Assembly (NCBI GenBank): GCA_014360995.1 | Contig: JACIWL010000003.1 | Coordinates: 22,127-86,126, forward strand | DNA: 64,000 nt | Reading direction: 5' to 3' | From: Candidatus Bipolaricaulota bacterium | GTDB taxonomy: Bacteria > Bipolaricaulota > Bipolaricaulia > Bipolaricaulales > Bipolaricaulaceae | In this document: positions 34,305-43,558 of the stretch, in pieces | Numbering within the stretch: position 1 is the first letter of the stretch | Layout: each line of letters opens with the position of its first letter | Program-made: the position numbers and the translations under genes | The notes under the pieces: model-generated | Told to the model about the DNA's origin: nothing | The model's input: only the letters and a program-made list of their open reading frames with translations | Databases searched by the model: none

Positions 34305-35765
34305 ATGTCCCAGGCCTGGCGTGGCCCTTTGGAGAGGATCGACGAATTTCGCTGGCGGATACCGCGCACCTATAAAAAAGAGATGCGTACCGACGGCATC
34401 ATCTACGCCTCGGAGAAGATGATCCCCACCATTTGCGAGGATCAGGCGCCTGAGCAGGTGGCCAACGTGGCCTGCCTTCCGGGGATCGTGGGCTATTCCA
34501 TGGCCATGCCCGACATCCACTTCGGTTACGGCTTTCCCATCGGCGGGGTGGCCGCCTTCGATGTGAAAGAGGGGGTGGTATCCCCGGGCGGGGTAGGCTA
34601 CGACATCAACTGCGGAGTGCGCCTCATCCGCACGAACCTCACGGTGGAGGACGTAAAGCCCCGCCTTCCTGCCCTTTTGGACGCGATCTTCGCCAACGTC
34701 CCCTGCGGGGTGGGGATGGGAGGGAAGATCAAGGTCACCGCCGAGGAGCTTCGGCAAGTGATGGTGAAGGGAGCGCGCTGGGCGGTGGAGCGGGGCTATG
34801 GCTGGCCGGAGGACCTTGAGCATTGTGAGGAAGGAGGAGCGTTAGCCGGCGCCGATCCTGCGGCTGTTTCCAGCCGGGCTGTGGAGCGCGGCCGACCTCA
34901 GCTGGGAAGCCTCGGGGCGGGCAATCACTTCCTCGAGATCCAGGTGGTGGAGGAGATCTATGATCCCGCCGCGGCGGCCAAAATGGGGGTCACCGCAAAG
35001 GGCCAGGTCACGGTGATGGTCCACACCGGCTCCCGCGGCTTTGGCCACCAGATCTGCGACGACTACCTTCAGGTCATGCAGAACGCCGTGCGCAAGTACG
35101 GGATAAACCTGCCTGACCGGCAATTGGTGTGTGCTCCCGTGGAGTCCCCGGAAGGGAAGAGGTATTTTGCGGCCATGGCCTGCGCCGCCAACTACGCCTG
35201 GGCCAACCGCCAGATGATCACCCACTGGGTGCGGGAGGCCTTTGAGCAGGTGTTCAAAAAGAGCGCCAAAGAGCTTGGGCTTTTCGTCATCTACGATGTG
35301 GCCCACAACATTGCCAAGATCGAGGAGCACGAGGTGGACGGCCAAAAAGTAAAAGTGTGCGTGCACCGGAAAGGGGCGACGCGGGCCTTCCCCCCTGGGC
35401 ACCCGGCCGTGCCCAAGGACTATCGGGAGATTGGCCAACCTGTCCTCGTTCCCGGGGATATGGGCACCCTTTCCTATATCCTCGTGGGCACAGAGCGGGC
35501 CATGAAGGAGACCTTCGGCTCCACCTGTCATGGCGCCGGCCGGCTCATGAGCCGGGCCGCGGCGTTGCGCCAAAAAAGCGGGCGAGAAGTGGCCGAGGAG
35601 CTTCGGGAAAAAGGGATCCTTGTGCGGGCCGCAAGCGATAAAACCCTCGTGGAGGAGATGCCCGAGGCCTATAAAGACGTGACGGAGGTGGTGGAGGCCT
35701 GCCACGGCGCGGGGATCTCCCGCATGGTGGTGCGGGTGCGGCCGATCGGCGTGGTGAAGGGCTAG
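34305..35765 (+). CDS. rtcB: RNA-splicing ligase RtcB (3'-phosphate/5'-hydroxyl ligase)
   Basis: 486 aa. PDIHFGYGFPIGGV, GYDINCGVRL, GSRGFGHQ and STCHGAGR motifs. Confidence 0.93.
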   Translation: MSQAWRGPLERIDEFRWRIPRTYKKEMRTDGIIYASEKMIPTICEDQAPEQVANVACLPGIVGYSMAMPDIHFGYGFPIGGVAAFDVKEGVVSPGGVGYDINCGVRLIRTNLTVEDVKPRLPALLDAIFANVPCGVGMGGKIKVTAEELRQVMVKGARWAVERGYGWPEDLEHCEEGGALAGADPAAVSSRAVERGRPQLGSLGAGNHFLEIQVVEEIYDPAAAAKMGVTAKGQVTVMVHTGSRGFGHQICDDYLQVMQNAVRKYGINLPDRQLVCAPVESPEGKRYFAAMACAANYAWANRQMITHWVREAFEQVFKKSAKELGLFVIYDVAHNIAKIEEHEVDGQKVKVCVHRKGATRAFPPGHPAVPKDYREIGQPVLVPGDMGTLSYILVGTERAMKETFGSTCHGAGRLMSRAAALRQKSGREVAEELREKGILVRAASDKTLVEEMPEAYKDVTEVVEACHGAGISRMVVRVRPIGVVKG

Positions 35766-35823
35766 CCCCTTTTGGTGAAAAAAAGCAAGGGAAGGGGTAT
35801 GATGCCCAGGGCGAGGAGGAAGG

Positions 35824-38133
35824 ATGCCCAAGGAACAGGTTCCCGAAGTAAAGCTTAAGGTGGCCGAGGCCCTGCAGCAGGACGTGGGCCGGGGCATTGC
35901 CCGCATTGCCGGGCAGTATCTCGAGCAAATTGGCGTCTCCCCAGGGGAGCCGGTGGAGATCGAGGGGCAAAGGCTCACCGGAGCCGTAGCGGCCCTGGCT
36001 TACCAAGCTGACGCCGGGCTCGACATCGTCCGCATCGATGGCCTCATCCGCACCAACGCCGGGGTGAGCGTGGGGGACACGGTCATCGTGCGGAAGGCCA
36101 AGTGGAAGCCCGCCAACCACGTGACCCTCGCTCCGGCAAGGCGGGGGCTTCGGCTCATCCTCCCTCCCGAGAGCCTGCGGGCCGTTCTTGTGGGGCGGGT
36201 AGTGCGCGCCGGCGATGTCGTCTCCACCGCGGGAAGGGCGGAGCGGGCGCCCTTCGGCGGGGAACTCCTCACCGACCGAATCTTCCGGGACTTCTTCGAG
36301 ATGATGGCCCCGATTTCCTTCGGGTTTGGGGAGCTCCTCCTCAAAGTGGTGAGCACCCAGCCCGCGGGGATCGTGCGCATCACCCCCGAAACCCAAATCG
36401 AGCTCCTCCCGGAGTACGTGGAGGTGGCCGAGCGGGGAAGGGAGGTTCCCGAGGTGACCTACGAGGACATCGGGGGGCTGCGGGACGTGATCCAGAAGAT
36501 CCGGGAGATGGTGGAGCTCCCCCTCAAAAAGCCCGAGCTTTTCGCGCGGCTTGGGATCGAGCCTCCTCGGGGGGTCCTCCTTTACGGCCCGCCGGGCACA
36601 GGGAAAACCCTCCTCGCCAAGGCCGTGGCCCACGAGACCGATGCCCACTTCATCGCCATCTCCGGCCCGGAGATCATGTCCCGCTACTACGGGGAAAGCG
36701 AGCAAAGGCTTAGGGAGATCTTCGAAGAGGCCCAGAAGAACGCGCCCTCCATCATCTTCATCGACGAGCTTGACTCCATCGCCCCAAGGAGGAGCGAGGT
36801 CACTGGAGAGGTGGAGAGGCGGGTGGTGGCCCAGCTCCTTACCCTCATGGATGGGCTCAAAGAGAGGCGGAACGTGATCGTGATTGGGGCCACAAACCGC
36901 ATTGAGGCCATTGATCCGGCCCTGCGCCGCCCGGGAAGGTTCGATCGGGAGATCGAGGTGCGCGTCCCCGACCGGGAGGGCCGCAAAGAGATCCTCATGA
37001 TCCACACCCGGGGGATGCCCCTTGCCCCCGATGTGAATTTGGACGAGCTCGCTACGGTAACCCATGGGTTTGTGGGGAGTGACCTTGCTGCTCTTGCTCG
37101 GGAGGCGGCGATGAACGCCCTGCGCCGCGTCCTGCCCAAGATAAACCTCGACGAAAAAGAGATCCCCAAGGAGATCCTGGACGAGCTTGTGGTGCGCAGG
37201 GAGGACTTCGAGGCCGCCCTCAAAGAAGTCCGGCCCTCGGCCATGCGGGAGATCATGATCGAGATCCCCACCGTCACCTGGGACGATATCGGTGGGCTAG
37301 AGGAGGTAAAGCAGCTTTTGCGGGAGGCGGTGGAGCTTCCGTTGGTGAACCCCGAGGCCTTTCGGAGGCTGGGGATCCGCGCGCCCAAGGGGATCCTCCT
37401 TTATGGGCCGCCGGGGACGGGGAAGACCCTTTTGGCCAAGGCCGTGGCCAACGAGTCGCAGGCCAACTTCATCACCGCCAAGGGCTCGGATCTCCTTTCC
37501 AAGTGGTACGGGGAAAGCGAGCAAAGGATCGCCGAGGTCTTCCGACGGGCGCGGCAGGTGGCCCCGGCCGTGATCTTCCTGGACGAGCTCGACGCCTTGG
37601 CCCCTCGGCGGGGCACGGCCATCGGAGAGCCCCACGTCACCGAGCGCATCGTGAACCAGATGCTCGCCGAGCTCGACGGCCTCGAAGAGCTGCGGGGGGT
37701 GGTGGTGATCGGGGCCACCAACCGGCCGGACATTATCGATCCCGCCCTCCTTCGGCCGGGCCGCTTCGACGAGCTCATCTATGTTCCCCTTCCCGACGAA
37801 AAAGCGCGGCTGGCCATCTTTAAGGTCCACACGAAGGGGATGTCCCTCGCCCCCGATGTGGACTTGGTGGAGCTGGCGCGCCGCACCGAGGGCTACAGCG
37901 GCGCGGACATCGCCGAGGTCTGCCGGAAGGCCGGCCGCCTCGCCCTCCGGGAGGACCCCAAAGCCGAGGCCGTGTCCATGCGCCACTTCCTGGAGGCCTT
38001 GGAGAAGACCCCGCCCTCCGTCTCCCCAGAGGAGCGGGCCAGGTACGACAAACTCAGCAAGAACCTGCGCCGGGCCGTGCGCCGTCTGGCCGGCTTCATG
38101 GTGGAGGAAGAAGAAACCAAGGAGGAAAAGTGA
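35824..38133 (+). CDS. Cdc48/VAT-like double-ring AAA+ ATPase
   Basis: 769 aa. N-domain of Cdc48 type (GRGIARI...[22 protein letters not shown]). Two AAA modules, each with GPPGTGKT and IIFIDELD / VIFLDELD. The C-terminus ends in EEEETKEEK. Confidence 0.9.
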   Translation: MPKEQVPEVKLKVAEALQQDVGRGIARIAGQYLEQIGVSPGEPVEIEGQRLTGAVAALAYQADAGLDIVRIDGLIRTNAGVSVGDTVIVRKAKWKPANHVTLAPARRGLRLILPPESLRAVLVGRVVRAGDVVSTAGRAERAPFGGELLTDRIFRDFFEMMAPISFGFGELLLKVVSTQPAGIVRITPETQIELLPEYVEVAERGREVPEVTYEDIGGLRDVIQKIREMVELPLKKPELFARLGIEPPRGVLLYGPPGTGKTLLAKAVAHETDAHFIAISGPEIMSRYYGESEQRLREIFEEAQKNAPSIIFIDELDSIAPRRSEVTGEVERRVVAQLLTLMDGLKERRNVIVIGATNRIEAIDPALRRPGRFDREIEVRVPDREGRKEILMIHTRGMPLAPDVNLDELATVTHGFVGSDLAALAREAAMNALRRVLPKINLDEKEIPKEILDELVVRREDFEAALKEVRPSAMREIMIEIPTVTWDDIGGLEEVKQLLREAVELPLVNPEAFRRLGIRAPKGILLYGPPGTGKTLLAKAVANESQANFITAKGSDLLSKWYGESEQRIAEVFRRARQVAPAVIFLDELDALAPRRGTAIGEPHVTERIVNQMLAELDGLEELRGVVVIGATNRPDIIDPALLRPGRFDELIYVPLPDEKARLAIFKVHTKGMSLAPDVDLVELARRTEGYSGADIAEVCRKAGRLALREDPKAEAVSMRHFLEALEKTPPSVSPEERARYDKLSKNLRRAVRRLAGFMVEEEETKEEK

Positions 38134-38819
38134 AAAAGTTTCTCGCGGTTTTGGCCCTTGTCGGGCTTGCCCTTGCCGGACTAGCCCAAACCCCGGTGGC
38201 CGTGGTCAACGGCCAGCCCATCACCAAAGAGGAACTGGACAGCGTCACCAGGCTCAACGAGATCCTTTTTATGTTGTATTACCAATACCCGCGCTTCGCC
38301 CAGTCCCTTCTTGTAACTCCGGAGGGAAAAGCCTTCCTTACGCGCTACCAGCGCGATGTCCTTGAGGATCTCATCCTCCACAAGATCCAACTTCAAGAGG
38401 CCCAATCCCGCGGGATCGCCGCCGATCCCGCCCAGGTGGAGGAACTCGTGAACCAAACCATCGAGCGCATCAAGATTTACTATGGCTTAAGTGATGAAGA
38501 GCTTGTAGCTGAGCTTGCCAAGGAAGGGCTCACCTTGGAAGAGTTCCGTGCTGAACTCAGGCCCCAGGCGGAGGAACAGGTCCTGATCGAAGCCTTGAAA
38601 ACGGCGGTAACCCCCGACGTCACCGTAAGCGAGGAGGAAATCGTCGCCTATTATCAACAGAACCCCGGCCAATTTGTGGATGCCCAGGGGAAGACTCTTC
38701 CGCTTGAGGAAGTGCGGGAGAAAATCGCGTCTGTGCTTATTTCGCAAAAGAAAGAGGAGGCCTGGCAGAACTGGCTTAAGGGGGCGCGCGAGGCCGCTAG
38801 CGTGCAGATAAACTTGTAA
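38130..38819 (+). CDS. exported SurA N-terminal-domain-like chaperone protein
   Basis: Signal peptide [33 protein letters not shown] and following helices resemble SurA_N/PpiD-type domains. No parvulin domain is evident. GTG start overlaps the upstream stop (GTGA). Confidence 0.6.
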   Translation: MKKFLAVLALVGLALAGLAQTPVAVVNGQPITKEELDSVTRLNEILFMLYYQYPRFAQSLLVTPEGKAFLTRYQRDVLEDLILHKIQLQEAQSRGIAADPAQVEELVNQTIERIKIYYGLSDEELVAELAKEGLTLEEFRAELRPQAEEQVLIEALKTAVTPDVTVSEEEIVAYYQQNPGQFVDAQGKTLPLEEVREKIASVLISQKKEEAWQNWLKGAREAASVQINL

Positions 38820-38822
38820 AAT

Positions 38823-39407
38823 TCAGCCGCGCTTTTCCACGCGATCGATATACTCGCGGGTGTAAACGTTCACCCGGATTATGTCGCCTTCCCCAATAAA
38901 CTGAGGCACTAAAACCTCAAGCCCGTTTTCCAGGATTGCGGGCTTATAGACGTGGCTTTCCTTGTCGCGGATGGCCGGGGCCGTGCTCACCACCCGCAAA
39001 TCCACCGTTTCCGGAAACACCACCGAGACGGGATTTCCCTCGTAAAACTCCACGGGAACGCGCTGATTGGGCTGGAGAAAAACCTCCAATTCCCCGATCA
39101 TCGCCGCGGGGATGGAGACTTGGTCGTAAGTCTCCAGGTCCATGAAGTAGAAGGCCTCACCGTCGGTGTAGAGGTATTCCATGGGGCGCCTCTCCAGTGC
39201 CACTTCCTGGACCTCCTCCTCCGGCCGCAACCGTCGCTCCACCAGCGCTCCCGTCCGAAGGTTTCGGAGTTTTAGGTAGACGAGACCTTTTTGCTGGGCG
39301 CTTCCAGTGTGGCGCACGGCCTCCAACACCCGGAAAAGATCCCCCTCCATGCGCACGGTCGCCCCGGGCCGAAGCTCGCTGGCCAGTGCCACCCTGCCCT
39401 CCTTCAC
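38823..39407 (-). CDS. efp: elongation factor P family protein with atypical loop
   Basis: 194 aa. EF-P three-domain pattern (L.PG..V...G.L..V.E; YLY.DG..F.FMD.ETY.Q; ETVDL.V..T.P; KPA.LE.G..V.VP.FI..GD.I.V). Confidence 0.8.
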   Translation of the reverse strand: MKEGRVALASELRPGATVRMEGDLFRVLEAVRHTGSAQQKGLVYLKLRNLRTGALVERRLRPEEEVQEVALERRPMEYLYTDGEAFYFMDLETYDQVSIPAAMIGELEVFLQPNQRVPVEFYEGNPVSVVFPETVDLRVVSTAPAIRDKESHVYKPAILENGLEVLVPQFIGEGDIIRVNVYTREYIDRVEKRG

Positions 39408-39505
39408 TACCGATGGTAATAGGAGGAGGTCTTCCTCACCACTCCGCCGGGGATAATCTTCCCTTGTTCCTTGTGAAAAGGGCGGTGTCGGCCTAACATT
39501 TTGTT

Positions 39506-41608
39506 ATGCTAAATCTGCCTAATGAAAATGTGATTCCGGAGAGGATTCGGGGGATTGTAGAGCTTGCTCAAAATCTTTGGTGGACCTGGCATCCTTCGGC
39601 GCGGCGGCTCTTTCGGGCCCTGGACTACCAGGCTTGGCTAGAGACCACCCACAATCCCGTCCTCATGCTCCGGGTCATCCGACCCCAGCGCTTCCAGGAG
39701 CTCGCCAATGACCCGGAGTTCTTGGCCCTCTATGACCAAGTGATGGCGGAGTACCGGGCTGATTTATCCCGTCCTTCCCTGGACCTTCCCGGCCCGGTGG
39801 CCTATTTCTGCGCGGAGTTTGGGGTTCATGTTTCCTTGCCCATCTACGCCGGCGGGCTAGGGATCCTCGCCGGGGACACGCTCAAGGAAGCAAGCGATAT
39901 GGCCCTCCCCATGGTGGGGATAGGACTCATCTACACCCAGGGGTATGTAACCCAGCGCATTCGCGAGGACGGCTGGCCAGAGGAGGAGCAGAAGGCTTTG
40001 GACCCCAGTGCTCATCCCCTTGAGCCTGTGCGGGATTCCTCCGGCTCCCCCTTGCTTTTGGAGATCCCGGCGTTTCGGCCCAGCGTGCGAGCCCAGGTCT
40101 TTTTGGCCCGGGTGGGCCGGGTGCCCCTCTACCTCCTCACCACCGACGTGGAGGGGAACGCTCCCCAAGACCGGACCATCTCCCAAAGGCTTTACACCAC
40201 GGATTTAGAACAAAGGTTTAAGCAGGAATGGGTGCTGGGGGTGGGAGGGATGCGGGCCTTAGAGCGCTTAGGGATTCGCCCGGCCGTTCTCCACCTGAAC
40301 GAGGGCCACCCGGCCTTCGCCCTCCTCGAGCACCTCCGCCAATTTTTGGCCCAAGGCCTCTCCTTCGAGGAAGCTCTCCTTCGCACCCGTCAGACCACGG
40401 TGTTCACCACCCATACCCCGCTTCCCGTGGCGACGGATGTGTTCCCCTTTGCCCTCCTTGATCGCTATCTTGCCCCCTATTGCCAAGAGCACGGCCTTCC
40501 GTACGAGGCCATTTTGGAGCTTGGGAAGGATCCCAAGAATCCGGAGGCGGGGTTCAACATGACCATTTTCGCCCTGCGCCTTTCTCGGCACGTAAACGCC
40601 GTAAGCCGCCGTCACGGGGAGGTGGCCCGCCGCATTTGGGCCGGGATCCGCTTCCGGGACGAGGAAGTGAGGATTGAGGCTATCACCAATGGCGTACACC
40701 TCTTCACTTGGATCGAACCACTTAGGGTTCAGCGCCTTTTGGATAAATACTTGGGCAAAGATTGGCGGGAAAGGCCCGACGATCCGGAAGTTTGGCAAGG
40801 GGTGGAGAAGATCCCGGATGAGGAGCTTTGGGCTGTGCATCAGGAGAGAAAAGAGGCGTTAATCGCCGAGCTTGCGGCCAGGGCTCGCAGGCGCTGGCGG
40901 GAAGGGGCTCCGGCCAAAAGCGTTTTGGCCTTCGGAACACTTCTTGATCCCAACGCCCTCACCCTCGGATTTGCCCGCCGCTTTACTGCCTACAAACGGC
41001 CGGACCTCCTCCTTTATAACCTAGAAAGGCTGAAAAAACTCGTGACAGATCCATTCCGGCCAGTGCAAATCATCTTTGCCGGAAAGGCCCATCCGGCAGA
41101 CATTGAAGGAAAACGCCTGATCCAAAAAGTTTTTCAACTCGCTTGTGATCCGGCGTTCGCCGGAAGGATTGCATTCGTTGAGGAATACGACCAGCACCTG
41201 GCGCGGTTCCTAGTGGCCGGGGTGGATGTGTGGGTCAACACCCCTCTTCCGCCTTTGGAGGCCAGCGGGACGAGCGGGATGAAGGCCAGCGCCAACGGGG
41301 TGCCCCATCTTTCCGTCCTGGACGGGTGGTGGCTGGAGGGTTATACGGGCGAAAACGGCTGGGCTTTTGGGGGCGAGGAACATTCCGAGGGCCGGAATCA
41401 GGCGGACGCCGAGGCCCTCTATCGCCTGCTGGAGGATAAGATCGTCCCCCTTTATTACGAGCGCGGGCCGGATGGGGTGCCCCATGGCTTTGTGCGCGTT
41501 ATGAAAGAGGCGATAAGGACGGTGGCCCCGCGGTTCTGCACCCGCCGGATGCTTCGGGAATACCTGAAGAAGTTGTACATTCCGGCCGTAAGGGGGAAAG
41601 GGCCGTGA
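39506..41608 (+). CDS. glgP: alpha-glucan family phosphorylase (GT35)
   Basis: 700 aa. N-terminal LAQNLWWTWHP (DUF3417 type), GGLGILAGD, and EASGTSGMKA (PLP-lysine region). Confidence 0.88.
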   Translation: MLNLPNENVIPERIRGIVELAQNLWWTWHPSARRLFRALDYQAWLETTHNPVLMLRVIRPQRFQELANDPEFLALYDQVMAEYRADLSRPSLDLPGPVAYFCAEFGVHVSLPIYAGGLGILAGDTLKEASDMALPMVGIGLIYTQGYVTQRIREDGWPEEEQKALDPSAHPLEPVRDSSGSPLLLEIPAFRPSVRAQVFLARVGRVPLYLLTTDVEGNAPQDRTISQRLYTTDLEQRFKQEWVLGVGGMRALERLGIRPAVLHLNEGHPAFALLEHLRQFLAQGLSFEEALLRTRQTTVFTTHTPLPVATDVFPFALLDRYLAPYCQEHGLPYEAILELGKDPKNPEAGFNMTIFALRLSRHVNAVSRRHGEVARRIWAGIRFRDEEVRIEAITNGVHLFTWIEPLRVQRLLDKYLGKDWRERPDDPEVWQGVEKIPDEELWAVHQERKEALIAELAARARRRWREGAPAKSVLAFGTLLDPNALTLGFARRFTAYKRPDLLLYNLERLKKLVTDPFRPVQIIFAGKAHPADIEGKRLIQKVFQLACDPAFAGRIAFVEEYDQHLARFLVAGVDVWVNTPLPPLEASGTSGMKASANGVPHLSVLDGWWLEGYTGENGWAFGGEEHSEGRNQADAEALYRLLEDKIVPLYYERGPDGVPHGFVRVMKEAIRTVAPRFCTRRMLREYLKKLYIPAVRGKGP

Positions 41609-42474
41609 CCCTCATCCTTGTGGGACTTTTGGCCCTGGGCGCATCTTGTGCTGAGCCGGTCTTTCTCCGCCCCGTCCCTTGGCTTGGCGACCTTGTCATC
41701 GCCGAACAAAGCCTCGTCCTCGGAAGTACCGGTCAGGTTGTCGAGATGAGTTACCATGGCGAGATCCTCCGGGTTCTTCCCTTCCCCGCTGGTCAAATCC
41801 AAGCGTTGGCATTGGGCCCAGGTTTTCTTGCCGCAGGGGGCTGGAATCTCCTGCGCCTTTGGACTTGGCCCGCGGGAGAAATCCTTTTGGACATCCTAGG
41901 TTTTGGCACGATGATCAAAGACCTTGCTGTCGCTGATTCCCTTATCCTGGCCGCCGGAGCCGACGGCCGGGTCCTCGCCTTCTCCCTAAGCGGGGAGGTG
42001 CTCTGGAGCATGCGCGCCCATGAAGGGACCGTCTGGGGGATTGCCGCTACCTCTAAGTTATTTGCTACAGCCGGGAGCGATCGCGCCGCCCTTTGGGACT
42101 TGGAAAGCAAAAAGGAAGTTCACACCTTCCCAGGGAGGACCTGGGAGGTGGACTTTTCCCCGGATGGTTTCCTCCTTGCCGGGGGTGCGGGGAAGATCCT
42201 CAAATTGTGGGACACCGCGTTGGGGCTTTCCCTCCTTGAAATCTGGGCCCACGAAAGCTGCACGGTGGCGGTGGCTTTCTCCCCGGATGGAAGGAAAGTG
42301 GCCACGGGTTCCCTGGACCAAAGCGCGGCCCTTTGGGACGCGGAAAGCGGGCAATTGCTTGAGCGCATAACCGGGTTTCCCGCCATCGTTCGGGCCGTGG
42401 GCTTCAGCCCCGATGGCCGGCTCCTCGCCGCCGGCGCCGAGGACGGCACCATCGCCCTCCTCCGCCTTCCCTAA
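41605..42474 (+). CDS. WD40-repeat beta-propeller lipoprotein
   Basis: MTLILVGLLALGASC lipobox-like signal. Repeated ...FSPDG..LA.G..D....LWD... units. GTG overlaps the glgP stop (GTGA). Confidence 0.8.
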   Translation: MTLILVGLLALGASCAEPVFLRPVPWLGDLVIAEQSLVLGSTGQVVEMSYHGEILRVLPFPAGQIQALALGPGFLAAGGWNLLRLWTWPAGEILLDILGFGTMIKDLAVADSLILAAGADGRVLAFSLSGEVLWSMRAHEGTVWGIAATSKLFATAGSDRAALWDLESKKEVHTFPGRTWEVDFSPDGFLLAGGAGKILKLWDTALGLSLLEIWAHESCTVAVAFSPDGRKVATGSLDQSAALWDAESGQLLERITGFPAIVRAVGFSPDGRLLAAGAEDGTIALLRLP

Positions 42475-42541
42475 AACCCCTCCTTTTCCGTAGAATTTCC
42501 CGCTCGACCAAATTTTTGGCAAAAGTTTAAAGGGAGGGGCA

Positions 42542-43558
42542 ATGTACCAAAGAAGGGTGCAGGTCACCGGAGGCGGGACGTACTTGGTAACCCTGCCCAA
42601 GGAATGGGTGACGGAGATGGGGGTGAGCCAGGGGAGTGTGCTCTCCCTAGTCCCCACATATTCCGGTGGGTTACTTTTGCTTGCGCCGGCGATGCGGGAG
42701 CACAACCGGGCGCGCATAAATATGGACGGGAAAAACGCAGTTCAACTTTTGCGCGACATCATCGCCTACTACATTGCCGGCTACGAGGTGATCGAGGTGA
42801 TTGGCAAGCGGATCCGGCCGGAGGAGCGCCGGACGATTCGGGAGATTGCCCAGTCGCTAGTGGGGATGGAGATCCTTGGCGAGACCCAGTCGGCGGTGAC
42901 CCTGGGGTGTGTGGCGGATGTGCGGGACTTTCCGGTGGATGCCACCATTCGCCGCATCTACGGGATAACGGAGGCCATGTGGGCTGATGCCTTGCAAGCT
43001 TTCCTTGGTCGAGACGAGGAGCTAGCTCGGGATGTGATCGAGCGCGACGGTGACGTGGACCGGTTGGTGCTTCTTGTCGCCCGCCAGTTTGGCCTCCTTC
43101 TGCGGGATCTCCTTTTGGAAGAGGAAGTCGGCCGTTCCCGCCAGGAGTTCTGGCACTACCAAACCGTGGCCGACCAGTTGGAGCGTGTAGCGGATCACGC
43201 AGCCAAAGTATGCCGGGCCGCGTTGGCCTTGGCCTCCCCGCCACTTTCCGCCTTTGCCGAGAAGCTTCGTGCCCTTGCCGAGGTGTCATTTTCAGTGATC
43301 GCCGAGGCCGTGCGGGCCTTTGAGGAGAGGGATGCAAAAAGGGCCAATAGCGTCCTGGAAGGGAAAGAGACCCCAGAGGAGGTCTTGCCCTGGGTCCAGG
43401 CCGCGGCGAAGGAGCAACCGGAAAACGCCCTTTCCCTCTCCATCGCCGTGGATAGCCTTCTCCGCATCCGTGAGCACGGGTTCAACATCGCCGAAACGGC
43501 CCTGGACGTCTCGGTCGTGGCCCGTCCCCTTCGCCCTTTAAAGGAACTCCAGGGCTAA
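42542..43558 (+). CDS. PhoU-domain protein with N-terminal AbrB/SpoVT-type domain
   Basis: RRVQVTGGGTYLVTLPKEWV..MGV..GS.L is an AbrB-like swapped hairpin. It is followed by two PhoU-like helical repeats (D.ELARDVIERD..VDRL). Confidence 0.8.
   Translation: MYQRRVQVTGGGTYLVTLPKEWVTEMGVSQGSVLSLVPTYSGGLLLLAPAMREHNRARINMDGKNAVQLLRDIIAYYIAGYEVIEVIGKRIRPEERRTIREIAQSLVGMEILGETQSAVTLGCVADVRDFPVDATIRRIYGITEAMWADALQAFLGRDEELARDVIERDGDVDRLVLLVARQFGLLLRDLLLEEEVGRSRQEFWHYQTVADQLERVADHAAKVCRAALALASPPLSAFAEKLRALAEVSFSVIAEAVRAFEERDAKRANSVLEGKETPEEVLPWVQAAAKEQPENALSLSIAVDSLLRIREHGFNIAETALDVSVVARPLRPLKELQG

Noticed and set aside
33939-35978. Two long minus-strand ORFs (33939-34823 and 34842-35978) opposite the radical-SAM 3' end and rtcB
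   Set aside because: They are antisense to the highly conserved RtcB frame, have no motifs, and show biased composition.
35545-37065. 506-aa minus-strand ORF opposite the Cdc48-like gene, plus similar ORFs at 36687-37388 and 37297-37986
   Set aside because: They are Gly/Pro/Arg/His-rich and low in complexity, with no recognisable motifs. They lie exactly antisense to a strongly conserved AAA+ gene, a typical high-GC antisense artefact.
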